Origin: a virus
IMG/VR virus record: IMGVR_UViG_3300012003_000003
Location: 7,672-71,671 of that record
DNA: 64,000 nucleotides
Direction: 5' to 3' (one strand)
Shown piece by piece: positions 9,381 through 18,781 of the stretch. Positions within the stretch are counted from its first letter, which is position 1. Each line of letters opens with the position of its first letter. The translations under genes were made by a program, and so were the position numbers. The notes under the pieces are model-generated. The model worked only from the letters and a program-made list of their open reading frames with translations, made no database searches and had not been told where the DNA came from.

Positions 9381-9602
9381 ATGAAAATATCAACAAAAGA
9401 AGTTTTTGAGTCTGATAATTGGATCATAGCTAAAATATCACAAGGATTGCGAAATAATGTTAGGATAGATGCAAAAAGAAGGTATCCGGTAGCAGATCAA
9501 AGTAGCTTTTACAGCGAATGGGTAAGCCTAAAGTATGCTAACAAATTATCTACTGATAATTACGGTAAAAAAGTAAACGAATTTAATTGTTATCAATATT
9601 AA
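9381..9602 (+). CDS. Hypothetical protein
   Basis: 73-aa ORF in the early-gene array. Confidence 0.55.
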   Translation: MKISTKEVFESDNWIIAKISQGLRNNVRIDAKRRYPVADQSSFYSEWVSLKYANKLSTDNYGKKVNEFNCYQY

Positions 9603-9698
9603 GACAATGAAAAGCATGTTAATCATTTACGGGGTTGTTATCGCAACCCTTATAGCGATAATATTTTTATTTTAAAACATACATTAAAATCTCAAATC

Positions 9699-9866
9699 AT
9701 GGAAACGATAATCAAATCAATCACGACCCAAACTAAGAAAGTAAGACTTTTATTTAATGGTTTTCACTTCGTAACCGAAGTGTTGGTTTATGATGAAATT
9801 AATAATTTTAAATTGGACTATTCAATCGACGGCAACGATTATGAGCAACAAATTTTTCAACTGTAA
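9699..9866 (+). CDS. Hypothetical protein
   Basis: Manual translation METIIKSITTQTKKVRLLF..., 55 aa. Confidence 0.5.
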   Translation: METIIKSITTQTKKVRLLFNGFHFVTEVLVYDEINNFKLDYSIDGNDYEQQIFQL

Positions 9867-9915
9867 ACATACCGAAAACCAACTAAATTTCACACACAAA
9901 CAAAACTCTGACAAC

Positions 9916-10503
9916 ATGAAAACAATAGAAATTCAACTTTATCAATTCGAGGAATTGAGCCAAGATGCTAAAGCCAATGCAATCAGTAACTACCGTGCAA
10001 ACCAATGGGCTAACGGTGATAACCTTTCTTTCTTTTCTGAAAACTGTACAGAGGTTTTAAAGGATATGGGATTTACTAACCCTAACGTGCAATGCTCTTT
10101 ATCATATTCACAGGGTGACGGCCTTAGCTTTTCGGCTGATAGCTATACAGGATTAAGAGATATTGTTATAGGCGTAATTGGTGCCCACCATCCAAAGATT
10201 GCCGACTTTATAACCGATAACTTAACCGTTAAAATATCAGGTAACACAGGGCGGTATTGCTATGCCTCTAAAAGCGATATTGATATTTATTTAGATGTTT
10301 ACGCAGCTTGCAATGAAACGCCATTAATCAACGATGTTATAGAAAAGGTGCAAGCAGGTTTAACAAGCGTTTACATGGAAATTTGCGAACAATTAGAGAA
10401 AGATGGATATTCTGAAATTGAGTATGAAGATAGCGACAAATTTATATCCGAAAGTCTTATATCAAATGAATATAATTTTACAGAGGACGGAGAACTATAC
10501 TAA
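9916..10503 (+). CDS. Conserved acidic phage early protein
   Basis: MKTIEIQLYQFEELSQDAK...SQGDGLSF...YNFTEDGELY, a recurrent phage family pattern. Confidence 0.7.
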   Translation: MKTIEIQLYQFEELSQDAKANAISNYRANQWANGDNLSFFSENCTEVLKDMGFTNPNVQCSLSYSQGDGLSFSADSYTGLRDIVIGVIGAHHPKIADFITDNLTVKISGNTGRYCYASKSDIDIYLDVYAACNETPLINDVIEKVQAGLTSVYMEICEQLEKDGYSEIEYEDSDKFISESLISNEYNFTEDGELY

Positions 10504-10919
10504 TGAGCAATTATACACCCAACGCAACCCCGGAAAACATCCGCTTAAACATCCTGCACGAAGCAGGTAACTATTGGATCAGCAATGAGGGGACGAAAAA
10601 AGCGGCCGCCTTTCATGTATGGGAAATTGGCATAACTCATAGCACTTGTGACAGCGCATACAACGATATGAGTTTAGCCGTAGCAAGGTGCAACTATTTA
10701 GCAGAAAGAAAAGAAAGTAAAATGCTATACAACGGTAAAACACTTGAATACATAGCCGGTAATTTTCCTGCTAACATGCCCGAAATACACAGGGAGCAAT
10801 ATTTAGCTAACTGCAAAGAAGTGATAAAGAACGAAAGCGAGGGTTTTAACCTGGACTATTGCCAACTTGTAAGGAATAGTAATTTTAGATTAATTGAATT
10901 TTACCTAACAAATAACTAA
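10503..10919 (+). CDS. Hypothetical protein
   Basis: 138-aa ORF, TAATG coupling. Confidence 0.65.
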   Translation: MSNYTPNATPENIRLNILHEAGNYWISNEGTKKAAAFHVWEIGITHSTCDSAYNDMSLAVARCNYLAERKESKMLYNGKTLEYIAGNFPANMPEIHREQYLANCKEVIKNESEGFNLDYCQLVRNSNFRLIEFYLTNN

Positions 10920-10936
10920 CATTAAAACACAGTCAC

Positions 10937-11062
10937 ATGAAAACCAAAGATTACACCCTTTACATATTAGCCGGCTTGCTAATAATAGCGATGTTCACCT
11001 CTTGCAGCGACAAACTTTGCCCTGCCTACGCATCCACCCGCACACATAATACACGTAGATAA
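10937..11062 (+). CDS. Small lipoprotein (CSDKLCPAY), copy 1
   Basis: MKTKDYTLYILAGLLIIAMFTSC-SDKLCPAYASTRTHNTRR: signal peptide II-like. Confidence 0.65.
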   Translation: MKTKDYTLYILAGLLIIAMFTSCSDKLCPAYASTRTHNTRR

Positions 11063-11066
11063 TAAG

Positions 11067-11240
11067 ATGAAAACAGTAAATATTTGGACTGTAATTTACA
11101 CTCCCACACAGGTAATAATAGGTAGTTATTCAAATCAGGTAGACGCTGATATATTTTTATCCAAGCAAGTAGATAAGGATAATTACAAGGCAATAGCTAA
11201 TAAATTAAGCTATTCAAATGCAGATTTAAACAGTAATTAA
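11067..11240 (+). CDS. Hypothetical protein
   Basis: 57-aa ORF from manual translation. Confidence 0.45.
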   Translation: MKTVNIWTVIYTPTQVIIGSYSNQVDADIFLSKQVDKDNYKAIANKLSYSNADLNSN

Positions 11241-11274
11241 CCAATTTATAAATTATTAATCAGTCACAAACATC

Positions 11275-11580
11275 ATGAGAACTACAGAAACACAAATCAG
11301 CCAATTAATCAAAGAAGTATGCGATTTAACAGGCTTAAAAAACAACAAACAAGCTGCAATAGCAGGCGGTCAAAAAGCCTATTTAACCTATGAGAATGCA
11401 GCCGTATATGGCGGTTATCGCTTGATAATGGTACAAGTTGCCACCGGTGCGCATTATGGTGCCTTTCAATGGGGTTCAACTGAACCACGTGTTAAGGCTG
11501 CAATATTTGCAGACAGGCTAAACGGTTTAATTGCCGGATTGCAATACGACAAGAAACAGTTTGACCAAATGGCTAAATAA
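11275..11580 (+). CDS. Hypothetical protein
   Basis: 101-aa ORF. Confidence 0.65.
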   Translation: MRTTETQISQLIKEVCDLTGLKNNKQAAIAGGQKAYLTYENAAVYGGYRLIMVQVATGAHYGAFQWGSTEPRVKAAIFADRLNGLIAGLQYDKKQFDQMAK

Positions 11581-11764
11581 AATACTCCGTAATGCCGTGA
11601 CTGTCGTTGCGGATCCCCCGCCCCGCCTCCTTAATTGGTTGCGGGGTTTCAGGGTGCCTGGATGTTCCGGCCTTAACCATTTTACACGGCCAACTCTTTA
11701 ACATTTTCGGGAGGACGTAAACATAACATACCTAAATATTTATAGACTTATTAAATAATTAATC

Positions 11765-11920
11765 ATGTCAAATTCAGAGAAACAGCAAAAGCAGATCCAC
11801 CTCGATTACGAGGTAGTAAAGGAGTTAACCCACCAGGCTATTGAGGCCGGAACCAACTTCAAAAACTATGTCGAGTTTATTTTAACAGAACAAGCCGGGA
11901 TAACACCCGTAAACAAATAG
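11765..11920 (+). CDS. Small ribbon-helix-helix-like DNA-binding protein
   Basis: KQIHLDYEVVKELTHQAIEAGTNFKNYVEFIL. Confidence 0.6.
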   Translation: MSNSEKQQKQIHLDYEVVKELTHQAIEAGTNFKNYVEFILTEQAGITPVNK

Positions 11921-11922
11921 CC

Positions 11923-12042
11923 ATGACAACAAAAGACATTATTTTACTAATTAGCATCATAGTGGTGCTACTTGCATCAAGCTGTTCAGACAAGCTATGC
12001 CCAGCCTATTCATCCACTATTACACACCACACAAAAAGATAA
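11923..12042 (+). CDS. Small lipoprotein (CSDKLCPAY), copy 2
   Basis: MTTKDIILLISIIVVLLASSC-SDKLCPAYSSTITHHTKR. Confidence 0.65.
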   Translation: MTTKDIILLISIIVVLLASSCSDKLCPAYSSTITHHTKR

Positions 12043-12046
12043 GATC

Positions 12047-12472
12047 ATGCCAACAGCATCAAACGCATTTCATACCGCCCTTAAAAACCACCTGCAGGGA
12101 CTGGCGGACAATGATGAACTATTTGCAGTGACCTATGCCAAGCCAAATAAAAATATTGTTGACTGTGCCACCTACATCATGAACGAGGTGCAGAAGTCCG
12201 GCCAGTGCGGACTGGCAGACGAAGAAGTGTACGCAATGGCCGTACATTATTACGACGAGGACACAATCGACGTCGGGAAGCCGAATAACGGCAAGGTAGT
12301 GGTAAACACTCATATTGATGCACCTAAGCCTGTGGAGTTAACCGCAGAGGAAAAGGAGGACGCCCGTAAGCAAGCCATTGAAAGGCAGATTGAAGCGCAG
12401 CAAGCACTGATCATGAAGAAGCCAGTTAAGAAAGCAGCACCCGCAGCAGATAGTCAACCATCATTATTTTAA
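12047..12472 (+). CDS. PcfK-like (AcrIIA9-family) protein
   Basis: DELFAVTYAKPNKNIVDCATYIMNEVQKSGQCGLADEEVYAMAVHYYDED...QPSLF. Confidence 0.85.
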   Translation: MPTASNAFHTALKNHLQGLADNDELFAVTYAKPNKNIVDCATYIMNEVQKSGQCGLADEEVYAMAVHYYDEDTIDVGKPNNGKVVVNTHIDAPKPVELTAEEKEDARKQAIERQIEAQQALIMKKPVKKAAPAADSQPSLF

Positions 12473-12479
12473 CAGCCAA

Positions 12480-13781
12480 ATGAAGCCACGTACCAAATCC
12501 CAAATAAAGATATACGCCTTAGCCGAAGCGTTACCAAAAATCACCGATAAGCAAAAGACCTGGGCATTTGCACATTGCCTTAAACATATCGGCTACCGCA
12601 ATAAGTCGGGCAGGATCTCCTGCCTTGACTGTGGCCACCAATGGGCCGGCATCAAAGAGGTGGCCACCTGTAAATGCCCATCCTGCAAGACTACGCTTGC
12701 CGTAGAGGACACGCAAAACCGCAATACAGCGCAGAGTGTATTCTTCTGCACACTTAGCGTAGTGGACGGCTATCAGGTCATCCGCTATTGGGAGATAAGA
12801 TCAACACATAAATCTGGCGAAAAAGCTAAAATAAATCAATGGGAAGTGGTAGTTCAGTTTGCCGATGCTGAGGGCAAGATTAAAGAGGTGGTTGCCCGTA
12901 ATCGTGGTGGCATGGGTTGGTACCAAGATAGTTTTAGCGGTTATCTTGAAATAAAAAACTGGAATAGGAATAAATTTGACATTTGGCCTGATGCTATTTA
13001 CCCTAAAATGCAAGTGTTACCAATCTTCACCCGTAATGGCTTTACTGGCGAGCATGGATGGTGTACACCGCTTGATCTATTCCACGGCATAGTATCTAAC
13101 CCAAAATGCGAAACGTTGCTTAAAGCGAAGCAATGGGGCTTATTGGCCGCATTGACAGGGGACAGGGCGAGCGCAGTGCGTGGCCACTGGAATAGCATCA
13201 AAATTTGTATGCGCAATGGCTACGTGGTGGACGATGCAATTACATGGTTAGATTATCTTGAATTGCTTACCTACTTCCAAAAAGACCTGTACAGCCCCAA
13301 ATATATCTGCATTCCCGATGTTAAGGCCGAGCACGACCGAATGGTAGCCCGTAAACGTATAATTGAAGACGAGCGCAGGAGATTGCGAACCATTGAAGAA
13401 GAACGACAACGTGCGCTTAAAGATAAGCAACTGGAAGCCGAGTTTTTAAAGGCCAAGCAAGCGTTCTTTGGTATGGCATTCGGCAATGAGAAGATAACCA
13501 TTAAGGTATTGGAGAGCATAGCCGAATTTATTGAAGAGGGCAAAATCCTGCACCATTGCGTAGGCAACAGCAACTATTGGGGCAACCATGATAGTTTAGT
13601 AATGTCAGCGAGGATTGAGGGTAAGCCAGTTGAAACTATTGAGTTGAGCCTAAAGAGCATGAAGATCATTCAAAGCCGGGGTTTGCAAAATGTAGCTACC
13701 GAGCATCACGGCGAGGTGTTGAAGCTGATGCGGCTGAATATGCACTTGATCAAAGCGAAGAAACGGGAGATTGCAGCATGA
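12480..13781 (+). CDS. PcfJ-like protein
   Basis: MKPRTK start, CLDCGH/CPSC zinc motifs, EEGKILHHCVG, ETIELSL...IIQSRGLQN; paired with PcfK. Confidence 0.88.
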   Translation: MKPRTKSQIKIYALAEALPKITDKQKTWAFAHCLKHIGYRNKSGRISCLDCGHQWAGIKEVATCKCPSCKTTLAVEDTQNRNTAQSVFFCTLSVVDGYQVIRYWEIRSTHKSGEKAKINQWEVVVQFADAEGKIKEVVARNRGGMGWYQDSFSGYLEIKNWNRNKFDIWPDAIYPKMQVLPIFTRNGFTGEHGWCTPLDLFHGIVSNPKCETLLKAKQWGLLAALTGDRASAVRGHWNSIKICMRNGYVVDDAITWLDYLELLTYFQKDLYSPKYICIPDVKAEHDRMVARKRIIEDERRRLRTIEEERQRALKDKQLEAEFLKAKQAFFGMAFGNEKITIKVLESIAEFIEEGKILHHCVGNSNYWGNHDSLVMSARIEGKPVETIELSLKSMKIIQSRGLQNVATEHHGEVLKLMRLNMHLIKAKKREIAA

Positions 13782-14137
13782 GTAAAGACAAGATTTACCA
13801 ATTCAACTGTAACGATATTTGCATCAACCCTGATACCGAAGTGCTATACGATAAGGACAAGTGTTATGTTGAATTTACCTTCGCCCGGGTTCTGAGTGGT
13901 TGGGTGTACGGCACTGAATTTTGGATGACCCTGAATACCGTTGAGTGCTATGGTGTACACGGTGATGGGTGTTATTATTACTCCGAGCCAATGTACACCA
14001 ATGACGACTGCAGAAAGGCAGCTATAAAAGAAGCCATTGAATTTTTTGAAGAAGGTGGGCGCAAGATAAGATGCGCTAAAGTACTACAGTTTTTAAACAA
14101 CTCATTAACCAAATACGACCATGAAAAAGCTATTTAA
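13778..14137 (+). CDS. Hypothetical protein
   Basis: 119-aa ORF, ATGA coupling. Confidence 0.65.
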   Translation: MSKDKIYQFNCNDICINPDTEVLYDKDKCYVEFTFARVLSGWVYGTEFWMTLNTVECYGVHGDGCYYYSEPMYTNDDCRKAAIKEAIEFFEEGGRKIRCAKVLQFLNNSLTKYDHEKAI

Positions 14138-14363
14138 AATCAACTACGAGTTTTTAGGGTTGCCAAGAACCTTTGAAACAGAACACCTTTCGGAAGCGAC
14201 TACCGAACTGGAAAGGCTTGACGCTTGCCACGAAGTGCCTAACAGCACGATTGAGATCCACACCGTCAATTTACACGTTCCAATGGAAAGTGAGCTTAAA
14301 ACGGCTGAAAATACAATTAAACAGGCTGCATACCTTTCCGAAAAGCAGGGAATAAAACCATGA
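14121..14363 (+). CDS. Hypothetical protein
   Basis: 80-aa ORF. Confidence 0.55.
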   Translation: MKKLFKINYEFLGLPRTFETEHLSEATTELERLDACHEVPNSTIEIHTVNLHVPMESELKTAENTIKQAAYLSEKQGIKP

Positions 14364-14848
14364 AGCTATCAATATTCACCGATGCCTCATTTATAACAGG
14401 CTCACCAGCTGGTTATGCTTTTTATATTGGCTGTACCAAGGGTATGATCAAGAAAGCCGGTATATTTAAATACCCCGCCAAAAGCCCGATGGTTGCCGAA
14501 CTGCACTGCCTTGCCAACGCCATACATACACTTAAGCACTGCAAGTTCAGGCCAATCACCAGTGTGTTTGTTTATTGTGACGTTATCGACGTTGTAAACG
14601 CGATAAATGGTGAACGTAACAACTTTAAGGATAAAGATCTGCGGGACATTGTGGATGAAATTAACTTCCTGATGTTGGAGATATGTATTCAGGCAGGTGT
14701 AAATATCCGCAACGTCCGCAAGTTTTTCACATTTACCCATGTTAAGGCACACACCAAGCAAAAGGATAAGTTTAGCCTTATAAATAACTGGTGCGACAGA
14801 GAGGCCGTAAAATATCGTAAACAAGCATCTAAAAATAAAAAGCCATGA
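14360..14848 (+). CDS. Ribonuclease H-like protein
   Basis: IFTDAS, AELHCLANA, VYCD, HVKAHT, NNWCDREA: RNase HI catalytic motifs. Confidence 0.85.
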   Translation: MKLSIFTDASFITGSPAGYAFYIGCTKGMIKKAGIFKYPAKSPMVAELHCLANAIHTLKHCKFRPITSVFVYCDVIDVVNAINGERNNFKDKDLRDIVDEINFLMLEICIQAGVNIRNVRKFFTFTHVKAHTKQKDKFSLINNWCDREAVKYRKQASKNKKP

Positions 14849-15028
14849 CATATACCTATTTTCTTTGCGACGATGGGGGCGAAGTTGTCACTAAATTTTC
14901 AGAGATTACGCAGGTCACCTGCGAACGAATTAAAATAAATTAATAAATAGTAAATTTAATTTGTATTTACACAAACAAAATTAATATATTCGCATTATAA
15001 TTTATAACAAACGCCAAATACCACCACC

Positions 15029-15241
15029 ATGACACTAAATCCATTAAACACCAATCCTATCCTACAGGCGCACTTCGCCCTGCGAATGGATAATTCGGGG
15101 CAACTACTCGTTAATGAAGATGTTGCCCACCTGTTACAAAACAGTTCACAGGCCATGTCTGAATGCTGCCGTCAGGAAACCTACCAAATGGACGGTAAGA
15201 CCATGTGCGGGTATTGCTACAATCAATGTAGCGCCTACTAA
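15029..15241 (+). CDS. Hypothetical Cys-rich protein
   Basis: 70 aa with SECC...CGYC...C; preceded by a TATATTCG promoter-like box. Confidence 0.5.
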   Translation: MTLNPLNTNPILQAHFALRMDNSGQLLVNEDVAHLLQNSSQAMSECCRQETYQMDGKTMCGYCYNQCSAY

Positions 15242-15242
15242 G

Positions 15243-15425
15243 ATGAACCGCCCAACAGAACAGGAAAAAGCCGCCATGCGGGCCCGTTATGCCCCACCAA
15301 CAAAGGCGAAAGCCCAGGATTTCAAGGTTAGGCATTGTGGCCAAGTGGTGTTTATCGGCCCCGTAGCCCTGTGCCAGTGGTTTATCAATAAAAACGGCCT
15401 TAAAGCTAAGCCGACTATCAAATAA
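15243..15425 (+). CDS. Hypothetical protein
   Basis: MNRPTEQEK..., starts just after the upstream stop. Confidence 0.5.
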   Translation: MNRPTEQEKAAMRARYAPPTKAKAQDFKVRHCGQVVFIGPVALCQWFINKNGLKAKPTIK

Positions 15426-15456
15426 TTAAATTTCAATAAAAAGCCAAAACAATAAT

Positions 15457-15759
15457 ATGAAAAAATCAGAAAAATTCTCGATTGTGAGAACCCATTCAGC
15501 CGGAGTATGGTTCGGCCAAATTAAATCACTTACCGGCTCAATAGCCGTTATAACCAACGCCCGTCGCTTATGGTACTGGTCTGGTGCTGCATCTTTAAGT
15601 CAGTTGGCGGTAGAAGGTGCAAAACGACCGAACGATTGCAAATTCGCAATGACCATTACCGACGAGGACGGTGTATATCTTCCGCAGGTGATTGAGGTAT
15701 TGCCGTGTACCAAAGAAGCCGTTGAAAACATTAATACTGTAAAAGTATGGAAGATCTAA
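15457..15759 (+). CDS. DUF6948-like phage protein
   Basis: IVRTHSAGVWFG...NARRLWYWSGAASLSQLAVEG. Confidence 0.8.
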   Translation: MKKSEKFSIVRTHSAGVWFGQIKSLTGSIAVITNARRLWYWSGAASLSQLAVEGAKRPNDCKFAMTITDEDGVYLPQVIEVLPCTKEAVENINTVKVWKI

Positions 15760-16607
15760 TTAAAGCATTCATGCAAATTGCGCCAGCAATTTCAGGTGAC
15801 GGTTACGGTTACGGTTACGGTTACGGTGACGGTGACGGTTCAGGTTACGGTGACGGTTACGGTTACGGTTACGGTGACGGTGACGGTTCAGGTTACGGTG
15901 ACGGTGACGGTTCAGGTGACGGTTACGGTTCAGGTTACGGTTACGGTTCAGGTGACGGTGACGGTTACGGTTCAGGTTACGGTTCAGGTGACGGTTACGG
16001 TTACGGTTACGGTTACGGTGACGGTTACGGTTCAGGTTCAGGTGACGGTGACGGTTCAGGTGACGGTTACGGTTCAGGTTACGGTTACGGTGACATTAAA
16101 CCACCCGTTTTTACCGAATATAAAAAAGGCTTTCTAACTAAAGAAATACATGGTTTTAAAACCTTTAATAAACAGCCAGTTTACTACATTGATAATATTC
16201 CTTGCATTTTTTTATCAATAGTCAATAATGTTGCAAAGGTAAATGTTATTAACGACGATATGAGCGTCAAAACAATGTACATAGCCAAGTCGGGAAACCT
16301 TTTTGCCCACGGGGATAACAAGGAACACGCCGTTAGATCGGTGACTGATAAGTTTTTCGCGTCGCTGTCGTTTGAGCAAAAAAAAACAGAATTTGTGTCT
16401 AAGTTCAAAAAAGAAATAGAATATAGTAACAGGCTGTTTTTCGCTTGGCATCATCACCTAACCGGGAGTTGCGAAAGTGGACGGATGCTGTTTGTTAAGT
16501 CACATGGTATTGATTTAGATGGTAAAATGACAACGTTAAACTTTCTTAATCTTACTAAAAACGAGTATAATGGTTCAGCAATAACAGAAATTTTAAATAG
16601 TATTTAA
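15747..16607 (+). CDS. Gly-Tyr/Gly-Asp/Gly-Ser repeat protein
   Basis: 100-residue GX repeat followed by a globular domain (WHHHLTGSCESGR). Confidence 0.8.
   Translation: MEDLIKAFMQIAPAISGDGYGYGYGYGDGDGSGYGDGYGYGYGDGDGSGYGDGDGSGDGYGSGYGYGSGDGDGYGSGYGSGDGYGYGYGYGDGYGSGSGDGDGSGDGYGSGYGYGDIKPPVFTEYKKGFLTKEIHGFKTFNKQPVYYIDNIPCIFLSIVNNVAKVNVINDDMSVKTMYIAKSGNLFAHGDNKEHAVRSVTDKFFASLSFEQKKTEFVSKFKKEIEYSNRLFFAWHHHLTGSCESGRMLFVKSHGIDLDGKMTTLNFLNLTKNEYNGSAITEILNSI
15795..16094 (+). repeat. Tandem hexamer array (GGTTAC/GGTGAC/GGTTCA) x50
   Basis: 300 bp built from only three hexamers. Confidence 0.95.
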
Positions 16608-16621
16608 TATAATAAAACGCC

Positions 16622-17002
16622 ATGACAACAATCACCAAAACCATTAACGGCAATGCCGTTACCGTAGACAAGCAGCTTGAAGATTTTGAGTTGCTAAAGA
16701 AAGCCAGTACCAACGTTGACTATTTCGGTATCCGCAGGGAAACCAGTCATCTATTTATGCAGTTCAGTAACGGCAAGTGCTTTATGTACGCCCAGGTTCC
16801 ACCCGAAGTATTGGAGGAAGCCAAGAATGCCGAAAGCATAGGCAAATTCTTCCACGCAAAAATCAGGGATAGGTACACGTACGAGGCATTATCCTCTAAC
16901 CTAATCGCTGATGCGCCAGAATTTGACTCTGATATTTTAGGTACGGGCATTGTGGATGATGATGATGATGACGATTTGTTTATAAACGACGACCTGTATT
17001 AA
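16622..17002 (+). CDS. KTSC-domain protein with acidic tail
   Basis: STNVDYFG...LFMQFSNG...YAQVPPEV...AESIGKFFHAKIRDRY. Confidence 0.85.
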   Translation: MTTITKTINGNAVTVDKQLEDFELLKKASTNVDYFGIRRETSHLFMQFSNGKCFMYAQVPPEVLEEAKNAESIGKFFHAKIRDRYTYEALSSNLIADAPEFDSDILGTGIVDDDDDDDLFINDDLY

Positions 17003-17213
17003 GTGTTCAGATGAAAGATGGCTGCACTCGCTACGCCTCGCCTCGCCTAACACGCGGGGATTTGGCGGTACAAGGCACTAACAATTAGCAAAGGAGGGTA
17101 TCATTAAATAACTAAACACAAGACGGATAAACCTGCTAAACTTATCCCGACAGATAAAACAGCCACGGGCGATCCATTGAGATCGCCTTTGGTAGTACTA
17201 AATAATATTAAAA

Positions 17214-17642
17214 ATGAAAGCGTTTAAACAACTTTGCGTAGGTGATAAACTCTATAGAGCGGTTATTGAATTGGGTAAATCAGAAGATCATGTAATTACC
17301 GAGATAACGGTAAAAGATATAGGCCGTAGCGAAAAAGGTAACCTTAAGATCAATATGAAATATGATAGTTATTACCGAGAAGAAACGTATGATTTTTTAA
17401 TTCATTTCAATGAGGCTGATGTTGATACCATTTCAGGCGTTATAGACTTTCCCGGATTTTGGTTTACCGATATTGACAAAGCAAATGAATATATCCGGCA
17501 GTTGGTAGTGGCAAGAATTGAAAGCCATTATGCGGCTATAAAAAAGGCAGAGCGTGATCACCTTTACACCATTGAGCAATTTAGGATTAGGTTTCACGAA
17601 TTACTTAATCCAACACACCATCAAAATTTCATCATTAAATAA
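17214..17642 (+). CDS. Hypothetical protein
   Basis: 142-aa ORF. Confidence 0.65.
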   Translation: MKAFKQLCVGDKLYRAVIELGKSEDHVITEITVKDIGRSEKGNLKINMKYDSYYREETYDFLIHFNEADVDTISGVIDFPGFWFTDIDKANEYIRQLVVARIESHYAAIKKAERDHLYTIEQFRIRFHELLNPTHHQNFIIK

Positions 17643-17654
17643 TCTATACATATC

Positions 17655-18779
17655 ATGCCACTAATAAAACAAAGCCAGTCGCTTCCAAAGCGCAATGTAA
17701 TTATCCTAATCCACGGCGAGCCTGGGTTAGGCAAAACCAGCCTATTCAATACCTGTAACGGGTTACTTATTGACTTTGAGGACGGTGTAGGTCGCTCACA
17801 CGGTCGTAAAGACACATTACTTGTTGATAGGTCTAAAGGATGGAAAGATGTTCTTGACGAAGAAGCCGCTGGCTCTTTTGCCGGGTATAAAACCATAGGT
17901 ATAGATACACCCAAGGCCATGTTGGATGACTTCCAGATGGCTTATGTAAAAGACCAGGACTTCGCGCTTCGTAAAAACACGCTTAAGGCTTATGGCGCTA
18001 TGGGCGAAGAAGCAAAGCAATTTTATAATCGTATTCGTGCTATGGGTGCCGATATTGTAAATATGGTTCACTCGGCAACCGAAAAGGATGGTGATAAAAC
18101 CATTAAGGTGCCGGATGTTACCGGGCAATCACTACAGTTACTTAAACGCTTCTCTGATCAGATAGGGTACATGTACTCTGAAAATGGGCAGCGGGTTATT
18201 GACTTCCGTATTCAGGACGGTGTGGTGACTAAAGATACAGCTGATCTGGGTAAATTAATAATCCCACCAATTACCCACCCGTCTTATGAGGGATGGCTGT
18301 TGCGTGAGGTTATTGACAAGGTTAAGGAACGGATTGAAAAAATGGATGAGGCTCAACTAGAAGCATTGGGTGTTATTTCCGAATGGCGAGCATCTATTGA
18401 CACCCTCACTGGCGCTGACGATGTGATGTTAGGAAAAGAAATAATGGAAAGGTATAAATCCTTAATCAAACTTGCGCCAGAGCATATCAAAAAGCAGGTA
18501 CAGGCATACTTTATGGCGCACATGGCTAAGATTGGTTGGAAGTGGGAAGGTGGCACCATTAAGGCCTTTGTAAACACCAATCCAAAGCCCGTACATGCCG
18601 AACAGCCAACGGGACAACCAGTTACTCCGCCAGTGGAAGAAAAGAAGGAAGAAACGCCGCCAGCTATTCCACCTGCAGAAAGTAACCCCAATGCGTTAAT
18701 TAACCCGGCACCGAGCACACCATCCATTAATGCGGATGCCGCGCCTGCCGGTGATATGTTTGACCCTGAAAAAGTATAG
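17655..18779 (+). CDS. AAA_24/Sak4-like ATPase (ssDNA-annealing recombinase)
   Basis: LIHGEPGLGKTS, LLIDFEDG, TIGIDT, SDQIGYM. Confidence 0.85.
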   Translation: MPLIKQSQSLPKRNVIILIHGEPGLGKTSLFNTCNGLLIDFEDGVGRSHGRKDTLLVDRSKGWKDVLDEEAAGSFAGYKTIGIDTPKAMLDDFQMAYVKDQDFALRKNTLKAYGAMGEEAKQFYNRIRAMGADIVNMVHSATEKDGDKTIKVPDVTGQSLQLLKRFSDQIGYMYSENGQRVIDFRIQDGVVTKDTADLGKLIIPPITHPSYEGWLLREVIDKVKERIEKMDEAQLEALGVISEWRASIDTLTGADDVMLGKEIMERYKSLIKLAPEHIKKQVQAYFMAHMAKIGWKWEGGTIKAFVNTNPKPVHAEQPTGQPVTPPVEEKKEETPPAIPPAESNPNALINPAPSTPSINADAAPAGDMFDPEKV

Positions 18780-18781
18780 CC

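Noticed and set aside
11972-12046. N-terminal extension of the PcfK ORF in the track
   Set aside because: Overlaps the lipoprotein gene in another frame; ATG 12047 is the likelier start
15795-16094. Possible CRISPR array
   Set aside because: Tandem hexamers with no spacers; no repeat-spacer array seen anywhere in the window
15778-16137. VTVTVQ-repeat ORF
   Set aside because: Alternative frame of the hexamer array; the GX frame continues into a globular domain
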